A stretch of 59,383 nt of DNA, taken from the IMG/VR virus record IMGVR_UViG_3300045950_000335, positions 1-59,383 of that record, one strand, 5' to 3'. Both the position numbers and the translations under genes were made by a program. Below the pieces are notes generated by a model that was given only the letters and a program-made list of their open reading frames with translations, did not search any database and had not been told where the DNA came from. Below, piece by piece: positions 50,352-58,593 of this stretch. How positions within the stretch are numbered: the stretch's first letter is position 1; every line of letters starts with the position of its first letter. The DNA comes from a virus. Its lineage: Duplodnaviria; Caudoviricetes.

Positions 50352-50433
50352 GGCTCAGTCTCCGGTTACGGTGTTCCTGTGGGTGAAAGCAGGGTTTTCA
50401 TGTAGGCAGCAGGGTAAAAAAAGAGAGTAGTGG

Positions 50434-50703
50434 TCATTGTTCAGTACCCTTTCCAGCCCCTATGGTCACGAACCGGCGCATGCGCTCCTCGTGTATCTTG
50501 AGCATGCCATCGACCCCAACCACATTGACCGTAATGAGATCGCGCAAGAACTCCTGCTCGCTGCCATACCCGGACTCATGCACCAGGCGCGCCAACCCTT
50601 CCTTGATGGCGAAGGGCAGCATGGTCTTGGCCTGCTCGGTGCACTTGCCGAACGGATTGGATGCGCCGGAGCGCGATTCCATGAGATCGTCGTCATCTGC
50701 CAT
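50434..50703 (-). CDS. Hypothetical regulatory protein (CII position)
   Basis: ORF downstream of cro. Confidence 0.5.
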   Translation of the reverse strand: MADDDDLMESRSGASNPFGKCTEQAKTMLPFAIKEGLARLVHESGYGSEQEFLRDLITVNVVGVDGMLKIHEERMRRFVTIGAGKGTEQ

Positions 50704-50832
50704 GCGAGGTGCCTTTCATAAAATCGTCCCGCCTATCCCCCGGCGGTCGGGTATCCAGCCATGCCGACTTACGCTTGCGCGCTGGCTCGGTGCGGTTCGC
50801 TTCAGCGAGGTTAGACTGAAGCGGGGAGAGTT

Positions 50833-51048
50833 TCAGGCGGGCTTGCGCGCAACCCGCCGCATCGTGCGTTTGTGCAGCGCGAGAATCTTGTTTCCCGTCG
50901 TCCAGCGCACATCCTTGCGGGTGTCGCTGTTCAGGATTTCATTGACGCTCGGAGGCTTCAAGTCGATTTCGCGCGCAATCTCCGCTTGCGAAATTCCGGC
51001 ATCAACCACTTCCTGTAAGAGTCGTTTCCAGTTATTTTCGGTATCCAT
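50833..51048 (-). CDS. Cro-like HTH protein
   Basis: GISQAEIAREIDLKPPSVNEIL; divergent from CI. Confidence 0.8.
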   Translation of the reverse strand: MDTENNWKRLLQEVVDAGISQAEIAREIDLKPPSVNEILNSDTRKDVRWTTGNKILALHKRTMRRVARKPA

Positions 51049-51054
51049 TCTGCG

Positions 51055-51096
51055 ATGATAGGCGCGCCTAACATCTTAGTCAATAGGCTTGCCGAA
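51055..51096 (-). promoter_or_regulatory. pR-like promoter with two CI operators
   Basis: Minus-strand TTGACT-17-TATCAT; dyads ATAGGcgcgCCTAA (51058-51071) and ATAGGcttgCCGAA (51083-51096). Confidence 0.8.
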
Positions 51097-51119
51097 TGCA
51101 CACAATGCTAATGTTAGGC

Positions 51120-51794
51120 ATGAGTTCGCTATCAGAAAGAATCAAAGAGCTTGCCGCCGACCTTCCGCGCGGGTGGCAGGCCGAGCTTGCGCGCTATTGC
51201 AAGGTAAAGCCGCCGTCGGTCGCTGGGTGGGTATCTGGTGACACAAAAACGCTTGACGGCGAGAACCTGCTGAACGTGGCAGCATTTTTCAAGGCGAACC
51301 CGAAATGGATTGCTACAGGAAAAGGTAGAAAATACCCAGATTCTTCCACCTATTCATCGGGAAGCGCCGCTCCAGAGCAAGGCAATATCTCTCCACAAAA
51401 AATAGCCATCGGAGGAAGAGTGCCTTTAATCAGCCTAGTGGCGGCTGGTACCTGGAGAGAGAGCGTGGATAACTTAGTGCCTGGAACAGCAGAAGAATGG
51501 GTAACAACAACCGTTGCCGTAAAACAACACACCTACGCCCTGCGCGTGGAAGGCGACTCGATGGAGCCGCGCTTCCCGCATGGAGCCATCCTGATCGTGG
51601 AGCCGGAGGAAGAGGCCCGCAACGGCAGCTTCGTCATCGTGCGCCAGAACGGCTCGGAGGCCACGTTCAAGCAGCTAGTATATGATGGCGGCCAAGCCTA
51701 CCTCAAGCCGCTCAACCCGCGCTACCCGATCATGCAGATGCGTCCGGACGCGGTGATCTGCGGCGTGGTCAAGCAGATGGTGATGGACGTATAA
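51120..51794 (+). CDS. CI-like repressor (HTH plus S24 peptidase)
   Basis: QAELARYCKVKPPSVAGW; VAAG cleavage site; VEGDSMEP; ATFKQL. Confidence 0.92.
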   Translation: MSSLSERIKELAADLPRGWQAELARYCKVKPPSVAGWVSGDTKTLDGENLLNVAAFFKANPKWIATGKGRKYPDSSTYSSGSAAPEQGNISPQKIAIGGRVPLISLVAAGTWRESVDNLVPGTAEEWVTTTVAVKQHTYALRVEGDSMEPRFPHGAILIVEPEEEARNGSFVIVRQNGSEATFKQLVYDGGQAYLKPLNPRYPIMQMRPDAVICGVVKQMVMDV

Positions 51795-51885
51795 TGCACT
51801 TCGTCGTCCTGTTCTTGTGCCAGATGAACAGAAGAACAACGGAACAAAATAACGTGATTCAGTTGCAGCTTCGGTTTGACTTTTC

Positions 51886-52269
51886 GTGAAGAAAGCCGCG
51901 ATTATTTTTGCATGGCTGCTGTTGTTTTGCGTCCATGCTTCAATATTTGGAAGCCCGCATGGTTTGCTTGGCGGGATTTATTGGATGCCATCCATAGCAA
52001 AAGCCCAAGTGATAAATACGCTGGCAAACCTTGGGGTTTTTTCAATTGGCTTCGCGCTATGGCGCGTGACAAGAAAAAAACCGCAAGGAGAGTGTGAGTT
52101 CGAGAACAAATCAAATGTTCAAGTGGTGATATTTTGCATTGCGCTGTACGCGATCTACTTTGGGCTTCGCGTAGATTGCAACGACGTTTTTGATTTTTGC
52201 ATCGAACCGAGTGCGTCAAGCTCATCAGTTTGTTACGACAACAAAGGGGCGTATGGCTGTGAAGAATAA
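51886..52269 (+). CDS. Low-GC membrane moron protein
   Basis: Three hydrophobic stretches, Cys-rich tail; downstream of CI. Confidence 0.55.
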   Translation: MKKAAIIFAWLLLFCVHASIFGSPHGLLGGIYWMPSIAKAQVINTLANLGVFSIGFALWRVTRKKPQGECEFENKSNVQVVIFCIALYAIYFGLRVDCNDVFDFCIEPSASSSSVCYDNKGAYGCEE

Positions 52270-52486
52270 GCTGACATACATCTTGTCCGCAGTGGCGGTC
52301 GCATTGGTGCTTGGATGGTTCGGCGCATACGACTACATTCCAGATGGACATCACGGCCTGTGGCGCATCAACCGGATCACGCACCAGACGAGCTATACAG
52401 ACAGGGATGGCGACTGGCGTCCCATCGACGAACACGCAGAATTCGACCTTTCTACGGCACGTCCGGCCACAGGTGTCGCGCCATGA
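52253..52486 (+). CDS. Small membrane-anchored moron protein ending in FDLSTARP
   Basis: MAVKNK plus TM helix; 77 aa. Confidence 0.6.
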   Translation: MAVKNKLTYILSAVAVALVLGWFGAYDYIPDGHHGLWRINRITHQTSYTDRDGDWRPIDEHAEFDLSTARPATGVAP

Positions 52487-52585
52487 AGCGCATCATCATT
52501 TCTGCCACTGAAAGCCAGCCGCGGGCAAACACATATAACGCGGCAACTTAGGAGGATTTTTCCACTTAACCAAAGGAGAATCACC

Positions 52586-52711
52586 ATGAAGAAACTCGCA
52601 TTTGCCGTCGTTGCCCTAGTCCTGTCTGCTTCCGCGCTCGCCCACTCCGGCGGCACCGATGCCTACGGCTGCCACCACGACCGCCGCACCGGCAGCTATC
52701 ACTGCCACTAA
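52586..52711 (+). CDS. Secreted YHYH-type small protein
   Basis: Signal peptide plus HSGGTDAYGCHHDRRTGSYHCH; RBS AAGGAG; not in ORF track. Confidence 0.8.
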   Translation: MKKLAFAVVALVLSASALAHSGGTDAYGCHHDRRTGSYHCH

Positions 52712-52730
52712 TCCACCGCCATTCCCCCTT

Positions 52731-52752
52731 AACCCGCCTCGGCGGGTTTTTT
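52731..52752 (+). terminator. Rho-independent terminator closing the CI/moron transcript
   Basis: AACCCGCC-TC-GGCGGGTT followed by a T run. Confidence 0.85.
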
Positions 52753-52764
52753 ATTTAACCATTA

Positions 52765-52806
52765 TTAGGTTTGCCTATTGACAGCATGATTAGGTGCGCC
52801 TATCAT
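52765..52806 (+). promoter_or_regulatory. pL-like early promoter with two CI operators
   Basis: TTGACA (52778-52783)-17-TATCAT; TTAGGtttgCCTAT and TTAGGtgcgCCTAT match the dyads at 51058 and 51083. Confidence 0.85.
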
Positions 52807-52970
52807 GCGACCACTCTCACAGAACACCGCAGCGAGTACCGGCAGGCCAGCAGCGGCACGCGAAGGATAGAGCAGTACCGGAGCGGCGTAAGTCTGAATC
52901 GCGGCCACAGTGAAGCGGAGAGACCACGGTGAGTCCGCACGGGAGCGAGCGAAGTGAAGCACAGAACAGA

Positions 52971-53046
52971 AGCGAGGTAGAGCAGTTGGCAGCTCGGGTG
53001 GCTCATAACCACCAGGTCGCCGGTTCGAGTCCGGCCCTCGCAACCA
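52971..53046 (+). tRNA. Phage tRNA-Met (CAT), initiator-like
   Basis: AGCGAGGTAGAGCAGTTGGCAGCTCGGGTGGCTCATAACCACCAGGTCGCCGGTTCGAGTCCGGCCCTCGCAACCA. Confidence 0.88.
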
Positions 53047-53371
53047 ATCCTCCCAAGGGCGCAGCCTGAGAGCGTACAGGCCGTGGGGAATGCTCAAGAT
53101 AAGTTCCACGTTAAGGCAAAGTTGAGCCGACGCAAGCAAAACGATACTTGCCGACCGTAGCCAGTGCGAAAGAAGGCTACCCCCTTGTCGGGTCAAAAGC
53201 TCCCGTCCGTGGGAATCGTAACTATCGGACTGCGTGGACTGCCGTGCAACAACGGAAGCCGTGTGAAACAGGGGCGGAATCAAACGAATTCCAATCCGGG
53301 AACGCGGGATGCGCGCTGCGGCTTTAACAGCAGCACGGTTTAACGCCAACAGAGACATGGAAGGAGAAAGC

Positions 53372-53725
53372 ATGAAACAGCCGCAATTTATCGCCGAGTC
53401 CAAGCCGATGATGGATGCAGTGGATGCCATGTTCGGCAAGCTGTTCGCGCCGGAAGAATGCCTGATCGTGACGCATGAAGGCATCGAGTGGTGCGTAACC
53501 GGACGCTACGAGCAGGAAGAAACGCCGTGCGGAATGGTGTCGTTCTACCGCATCAAATCTGTTTGGCTGGCCTGCGATCCTGAGCGCAACGACATGAAGG
53601 ACTACCTCAAGTTCATTGTGCTATCCAACCTGGCCGATCTGGCGGTTGAGAAGTACGAGGCCAAGGAAGCGATTTACCGTCGCGAGCAAGCGTTGCGCGA
53701 AGAAGCGATGGCGGAAAGGGAGTGA
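53372..53725 (+). CDS. Hypothetical early protein
   Basis: RBS AAGGAG. Confidence 0.6.
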   Translation: MKQPQFIAESKPMMDAVDAMFGKLFAPEECLIVTHEGIEWCVTGRYEQEETPCGMVSFYRIKSVWLACDPERNDMKDYLKFIVLSNLADLAVEKYEAKEAIYRREQALREEAMAERE

Positions 53726-53726
53726 C

Positions 53727-53843
53727 ATGAATACCAGAAAACTCTACCAGCTTGTGCGCGCCTACAAGGACCTGGGCCTCTCGCATGACGCAGCATTCGA
53801 GCGCGCTTTCGCAGAGTACAAGGCCATCAGGGGCGCGAAATGA
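53727..53843 (+). CDS. Hypothetical protein (38 aa)
   Basis: RBS GGGAG; coupled to next gene. Confidence 0.45.
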   Translation: MNTRKLYQLVRAYKDLGLSHDAAFERAFAEYKAIRGAK

Positions 53844-54112
53844 ACCTGCCCTATCGCAGACGCTACAACTGGAAGCTGGTCTGGCGCAGCTACCGCCACA
53901 TCTTCGCGTGGCTGACGCTGATCGCCACCCTGATCTCCCTGATTATCTCCGGCGAGCGGTACATGCTCGAACACCATGCGCGGCTGGATGCAGAGAACGA
54001 GAACGCCACCATGAAAGCCGAGGCACTGCGCCTGGCCAATGTCGGCGCACCTGGTTGGGTGCATACCGATTGGGTGGAAGGCACTGCCGATCTTGAGGTG
54101 AGGAAACCATGA
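53840..54112 (+). CDS. Single-TM hypothetical protein
   Basis: ATGA overlaps. Confidence 0.55.
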   Translation: MNLPYRRRYNWKLVWRSYRHIFAWLTLIATLISLIISGERYMLEHHARLDAENENATMKAEALRLANVGAPGWVHTDWVEGTADLEVRKP

Positions 54113-54294
54113 AGGCGCTGCACGACCGCATAGACCGCATGGCAGAGCAGGCACAGATCGAAATCATGAAGGACGGCCTGCGCGCCCGTTGCCAGCTTAA
54201 CGGACTGGTGGCGCACCACAACCGCAGCCTCGCGCAACTCAGGCGCAACCGGATGGCGGAAAGACTGGCTAAACAACAAGGAGATAAGAAATGA
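54109..54294 (+). CDS. Hypothetical protein
   Basis: ATGA overlaps. Confidence 0.5.
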   Translation: MKALHDRIDRMAEQAQIEIMKDGLRARCQLNGLVAHHNRSLAQLRRNRMAERLAKQQGDKK

Positions 54295-55223
54295 ATGCAG
54301 TCACAGAGCAAGGCAAGAACACGAACAAGGTTGCCGCATTCGCTGGGTTCATGGACAAGCTCAAGCCGCAACTGGCGAGAGCGCTGCCAACCCACATGAA
54401 CGCCGACCGCATGGCGCGCTTGGCGCTGACCGCATTCAGCACCACCCCGGCGCTGCAACAATGCGACCCGAAGAGCATTGCCGGTTCGATCATGACCGCT
54501 GCGCAGCTAGGACTTGAGCCGGGCATCAACGGACAAGGCTACCTGATTCCGTATAAGGAAACCTGCACCTTCGTTCCAGGCTGGAAGGGACTGGTCGATC
54601 TGGTGGCCCGCAGTGGCCGCGCTACCGTATGGACTGGCGCGGTGCGCGCTGGCGACGAATTCGAGTATCAGTTGGGCGATACCCCATTCTGCAAGCACAA
54701 GCCTGGCGACGAGGACGACGACGCGCCCTTTACCCACGTCTATGCCATCGGTCGCGTGCGCGATGCCGCCATGCCGGTGATCGAGGTATGGAGCCGCGCC
54801 AAGGTGCAGAAGCACCTCAAGAAGTACAACAAGGTCGGCAATCGTCACTACGCGCTGGCAGACGAGAACAACCTGGAAATGTACGCCCGCAAGTGTGCGC
54901 TGCTGCAGGTGCTGAAATACATGCCATCGAGCATCGAGCTTGCCAATGCAATCGTTGCCAGCAATGCCGCGGAAGAGGGTCACGGAGTCACCATTGAGAA
55001 CGGCATCGTGGTCGATATGGGCGGATCGGAAAGCGAGCCAGCCAAGGATCAGCGCGCCGAATGCACGCCTGAGCAATTCGCCGATCTGGCTGCAGAGTGG
55101 GAAAGCCTGGTGCGCACTGGAAAGAAGAGTGCGAAGCAGGCGCTGGCTGCGATGGCGACGATCTGTGTCCTCACCGAAGAGCAGCAGTTGCAGGTTGATG
55201 CCTGGCAGTCGGAGGGCAACTGA
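54291..55223 (+). CDS. recT: RecT family single-strand annealing recombinase
   Basis: ALPTHMNADRMAR...AAQLGLEPG..GQGYLIPY...GWKGLVDLVARSG. Confidence 0.92.
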   Translation: MNAVTEQGKNTNKVAAFAGFMDKLKPQLARALPTHMNADRMARLALTAFSTTPALQQCDPKSIAGSIMTAAQLGLEPGINGQGYLIPYKETCTFVPGWKGLVDLVARSGRATVWTGAVRAGDEFEYQLGDTPFCKHKPGDEDDDAPFTHVYAIGRVRDAAMPVIEVWSRAKVQKHLKKYNKVGNRHYALADENNLEMYARKCALLQVLKYMPSSIELANAIVASNAAEEGHGVTIENGIVVDMGGSESEPAKDQRAECTPEQFADLAAEWESLVRTGKKSAKQALAAMATICVLTEEQQLQVDAWQSEGN

Positions 55224-55225
55224 TC

Positions 55226-56827
55226 ATGGAAATCCACGACATCCAGCAAGGCACTCCCGAGTGGGACGCATTCCGCCTGACCCACTTCGGCGCCAGCGAG
55301 GCCGCGGCGATGCTTGGCCTCTCCAAGAAGGTGAAGCGCACCGAACTGCTGCGCATGAAGCACACCGGCATTGCCAAGGAGTTCAGCGATTGGGTGCAGG
55401 AGAACGTCCTTGACCACGGCCACGAAGTTGAGGCGCTTGCCCGCCCGATCATCGAGCGCATCATCGGTGCGAAGCTCTATCCGGTGGTTTGCTCCGAAGG
55501 CAAGTTGTCAGCGTCCTGCGACGGCCTGACGGCAGACGATAGAACTGCCTTCGAGCATAAGCAGTGGAACGCAGACCTTGCCGAGCTGGTGCGCAACGGC
55601 ATTGTGCCAGACGATCACATGTCGCAATGTCAGCAGATATTAATGATTACAGAGGCCGAGCGCGTCATCTTCACTGTGTCCGATGGCACCGAGGAAAAAA
55701 TGGTATACGTCGAGGTGAGGCCGGACCAAGAATGGTTCTCGCGCATCATGCACGGATGGACACAGTTCGCCATCGATCTCGAAAACTACCGACACGTTGA
55801 AATCCAAGAAAAGCCGAAGGCCGAGGCCATCATGGACCTGCCCGCGCTGTCTGTGCAGGCTTCCGGCATGGTCACGTACTCCAACCTGCCGGAATTCAAG
55901 GCGGCAGCCGAGAGCTACATCTCAGGCATCAACACCGACCTGCAGACCGACAACGACTTCGCCAACGCCGAGGCCACGGTCAAGTTCTGCAAGAAAACCG
56001 AGGAAACGCTGGACGTAACGAAAAAGGCCATCCTCGCGCAGACCGCCAGCATCGACGAAGTAATCCGGACGGTCGAGCATATCCAAGCGCAGCTTCGCGA
56101 CAAGCGCCTGCTGCTGGACAAGCTGGTGAAGACCGAGAAGGACAAGCGCAAGACGGAAATGGTGGCCGCGGCAAATGTGAAGTACGCCGAGCACGTCGCC
56201 GCACTGCAGGCCGAGATAACCGGGATCAACCTGAACCCGCTGCTCAAGACGCCGGACTTTGGCGGCGCCATTAAGGGGCTGAAGTCGCTGGCATCCATGC
56301 ACGACGCTCTGGATGCCGCGCTGGCGAACGGCAAGATCGAGGCAGACCGCATCGCCCTGGACGTGCGCGCAAAGCTGGTATGGTTCGGCAAGTACGCTGA
56401 TGACTACCGCGCGCTGTTTGCCGACATGCAGCTACTTATGGGTCTGACCGGCGATGCGTTTGAGGCAATCGTGAAGAACCGCATCGCCGAGCACAAGGCC
56501 GCCGAAGCCGCCGCGAAGCTGGCCGAGGAAGAGGCGCGCATCCGGGCGGAGGAATGGGCGAAGGCGAAGGCCGAACTGGATGCTGCGAAGAACAGCCAGG
56601 AAGGCGCTCAACTATCACCGGCAGCGCAGGAACTGTACGAAGCAGAGGGTGCGGCTCGATTCTCAGAGAAGCATCCTGCCTTGGCGTCCAAACCTGAGGC
56701 AGCGAAGGCACCGCGCCCGACGCGCATGGCGCTTATTGAATGCATTGCCAGCCACTACGGCGTCAGCATCCTGACCGCCGGCGAGTGGCTGCGCACGGTA
56801 TTCACAGATGGAATACCAACTTGCTAG
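55226..56827 (+). CDS. YqaJ/lambda-exonuclease family protein with long C-terminal coiled coil
   Basis: QGTPEW...FGASEA...GHEVE...SASCDG...FEHK. Confidence 0.9.
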   Translation: MEIHDIQQGTPEWDAFRLTHFGASEAAAMLGLSKKVKRTELLRMKHTGIAKEFSDWVQENVLDHGHEVEALARPIIERIIGAKLYPVVCSEGKLSASCDGLTADDRTAFEHKQWNADLAELVRNGIVPDDHMSQCQQILMITEAERVIFTVSDGTEEKMVYVEVRPDQEWFSRIMHGWTQFAIDLENYRHVEIQEKPKAEAIMDLPALSVQASGMVTYSNLPEFKAAAESYISGINTDLQTDNDFANAEATVKFCKKTEETLDVTKKAILAQTASIDEVIRTVEHIQAQLRDKRLLLDKLVKTEKDKRKTEMVAAANVKYAEHVAALQAEITGINLNPLLKTPDFGGAIKGLKSLASMHDALDAALANGKIEADRIALDVRAKLVWFGKYADDYRALFADMQLLMGLTGDAFEAIVKNRIAEHKAAEAAAKLAEEEARIRAEEWAKAKAELDAAKNSQEGAQLSPAAQELYEAEGAARFSEKHPALASKPEAAKAPRPTRMALIECIASHYGVSILTAGEWLRTVFTDGIPTC

Positions 56828-56843
56828 GCGATTGACTTAAGGG

Positions 56844-56864
56844 CTCTAACGCCTGAATATGAAC
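56844..56864 (-). other. Degenerate attC half-site (L'-spacer-R' only), distal array boundary
   Basis: Minus strand GTTCATAT-TCAGGC-GTTAGAG resembles a canonical attC end; no partner arm found. Confidence 0.45.
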
Positions 56865-56884
56865 TTTCGACAAGGAGAGACCAA

Positions 56885-57055
56885 GTGAAAAATGCAAAGT
56901 GGTGGCAAATACTTCTGGCCGTGCTGGGAGGGGTCGTAATCGCGCTCGGCGTGCTCGTGCTTTGGTTCGCTGCAGAGGAAAGCGGCGTAGCCAAGAACTG
57001 CTACACGGGCATTGTTGGCGGTAATGTGGCCGTTATTTGCCCGCCGAACAAATGA
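56885..57055 (+). CDS. Small single-TM protein (56 aa, MKNAKWWQILL...)
   Basis: RBS AAGGAG, GTG start, TGA overlaps next ATG; not in ORF track. Confidence 0.6.
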   Translation: MKNAKWWQILLAVLGGVVIALGVLVLWFAAEESGVAKNCYTGIVGGNVAVICPPNK

Positions 57056-57525
57056 CGACGCCTATTGCGCAGGCCGGCACAGAGAGTGGTTTTGATGCTT
57101 TAGAAGAGGCGGTCGGCGCATATTGGGATTGCGCGTACCAGGAGGGACATCTGGGCCGCCAGGACGGCGACAAGGCCAATGCAATACTGCATGAGATTCG
57201 ACGCGCTGCGACAGCGCTTGTTGCGGAAGAACGCGCCCGATGGGAGCCGGCGGCCGAGAAAGCATACAAGGCACTTTGCGAAGAGTCGGCTGCATACGAT
57301 GAACCGCTGTCGCATGCTCCAGGCCACGCGCACGCCGTACCTGGCGTGTGGGACGACGACAACGGCGAACTGGCCGGCAAGCGTTGCGCATGGTGCGCGA
57401 CGTGGGCGAAGGCGAAGGCGATGGGACTCACGACGCCCAACGCCAGAGTTGACCGGCCTGACGCGGCTTTATGCGGCAGGTCCGGTCGGACGACGGGTTG
57501 TGCGGCTGGTGGAGAAGACCGATGA
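57052..57525 (+). CDS. Hypothetical protein reading through attC3
   Basis: C-terminal PNARVDRPDAALCGRSGRTTG is the translated attC. Confidence 0.6.
   Translation: MTTPIAQAGTESGFDALEEAVGAYWDCAYQEGHLGRQDGDKANAILHEIRRAATALVAEERARWEPAAEKAYKALCEESAAYDEPLSHAPGHAHAVPGVWDDDNGELAGKRCAWCATWAKAKAMGLTTPNARVDRPDAALCGRSGRTTGCAAGGEDR
57435..57503 (-). other. attC site 3 (69 bp)
   Basis: Minus: GCACAAC-CCGTC-GTCCGACC-GGAC...CCGGTCAAC-TCTGGC-GTTGGGC; folds into a hairpin with extrahelical bases. Confidence 0.82.
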
Positions 57526-58103
57526 CGGTGGCCGTGCTCTTCGCTCGCGCGGACAGCAACTACAAGGCTCTGCCTAACGTTGAGGTATTCGACGCCGAGC
57601 GAGACGCTCGCACCTACGACGGGCCGTGGCCGGTTGTGGCGCACCCGCCCTGCCGTGCCTGGGGAATGTTACGCAAGCTCGCCAGCCCGCGACCAGACGA
57701 GCGCAACCTGGCGCGGCTTGCCGTGGCTTTGGTGCGGGAGTTTGGTGGCGTGTTGGAGCACCCAGCCGGCTCGACGCTCTGGGCGGCGCAGAAGCTGCCG
57801 AAGCCCGGAGAGCGCGACGCCTTCGGCGGCTGGACGCTCGAAATTGACCAATGGCGATTCGGGCACCGCGCCATGAAGATGACGCGACTGTACGTGGTCG
57901 GAGCGGAGCCCGAGGAGGCCCCACGACTGCCGCCGGCGAAAACAGGGGAACCGACGCATGTGATAACACAAGGCCGGCGTGCGAAGAAAGGCGAACCGGG
58001 CTTTCGCAGCAGGGTGACAGACGCGGAACGCGAGCATACGCCGCCGGCGCTCGCGCAATGGCTCGTAGAACTGGCGGCGAAGTGCAAGACGCACAACGTT
58101 TGA
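57522..58103 (+). CDS. Cassette ORF: compact DNA cytosine methyltransferase-like protein
   Basis: VAVLF (degenerate motif I), VAHPPC (IV), VLEHP (VI), GHRAMKMTRLY (VIII-like), REHTPPALAQWL. Confidence 0.65.
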   Translation: MTVAVLFARADSNYKALPNVEVFDAERDARTYDGPWPVVAHPPCRAWGMLRKLASPRPDERNLARLAVALVREFGGVLEHPAGSTLWAAQKLPKPGERDAFGGWTLEIDQWRFGHRAMKMTRLYVVGAEPEEAPRLPPAKTGEPTHVITQGRRAKKGEPGFRSRVTDAEREHTPPALAQWLVELAAKCKTHNV

Positions 58104-58159
58104 GGTAACCGGCCTCGCGCGCTTTTTGCGCGAGGTCCGTGTTGACCGAGAGGTTATGC
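58091..58159 (-). other. attC site 2 (69 bp)
   Basis: Minus: GCATAAC-CTCTC-GGTCAACA-CGGAC-CTCGCGCaaaaagcGCGCGAG-GCCGGTTACC-TCAAAC-GTTGTGC. Confidence 0.88.
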
Positions 58160-58189
58160 CTCTCGCAACTACGAAGAAAGGAAAGAACC

Positions 58190-58483
58190 GTGAGCAACAA
58201 ACTGAAACTGACCAAGATCGAACTGACCACGAAAGACGGCAAGAAGGTTGAGTTGTCGTTGGATGAGGCGAAAGACCTGCACGACCAACTGCATGAATTG
58301 TTCGGCCAGAAAACCGTCTTTGTGCCTGGGGCGCCGGTAATCATTGAGCGTGACCGTTACTGGCGGCCGTACCAGCCGTATTGGGGCGGCGGCGGCGGGG
58401 GCGGGAGTGACCAGCGAACCTGGGAAGTGCTTTGCAAGAGCAGCAGCGGCCTTGCGGTGACGTATGGCGGACAAGAGGCATAA
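58190..58483 (+). CDS. Cassette ORF: hypothetical protein (97 aa)
   Basis: RBS AAGGA, GTG start; TAA lies within GCATAAC. Confidence 0.65.
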   Translation: MSNKLKLTKIELTTKDGKKVELSLDEAKDLHDQLHELFGQKTVFVPGAPVIIERDRYWRPYQPYWGGGGGGGSDQRTWEVLCKSSSGLAVTYGGQEA

Positions 58484-58569
58484 CGTCGAAGGTCAGGGGC
58501 CGGCGCCCACTGACCGTTGAACAACCTGCAAAACGCTTGCCGCCGGTCCCCTGCACCGTAGGGTTAGCC
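58478..58569 (-). other. attC site 1 (92 bp)
   Basis: Minus: GGCTAAC-CCTAC-GGTGCAGG-GGAC-CGGCG...CGCCGG-CCCCTGACC-TTCGAC-GTTATGC. Confidence 0.85.
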
Positions 58570-58593
58570 GGCACCACCGGAAAGGGTGCACGC

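Noticed and set aside
58384-58407. Gly run (GGC repeats) in a cassette ORF as a contingency locus
   Set aside because: Triplet repeat keeps the frame; no evidence of switching.
57435-58569. Hairpins as terminators, CRISPR repeats or simple REPs
   Set aside because: No U-tails after the stems, the repeats are not identical, the spacers are gene-sized, and the end complementarity fits attC cassettes.
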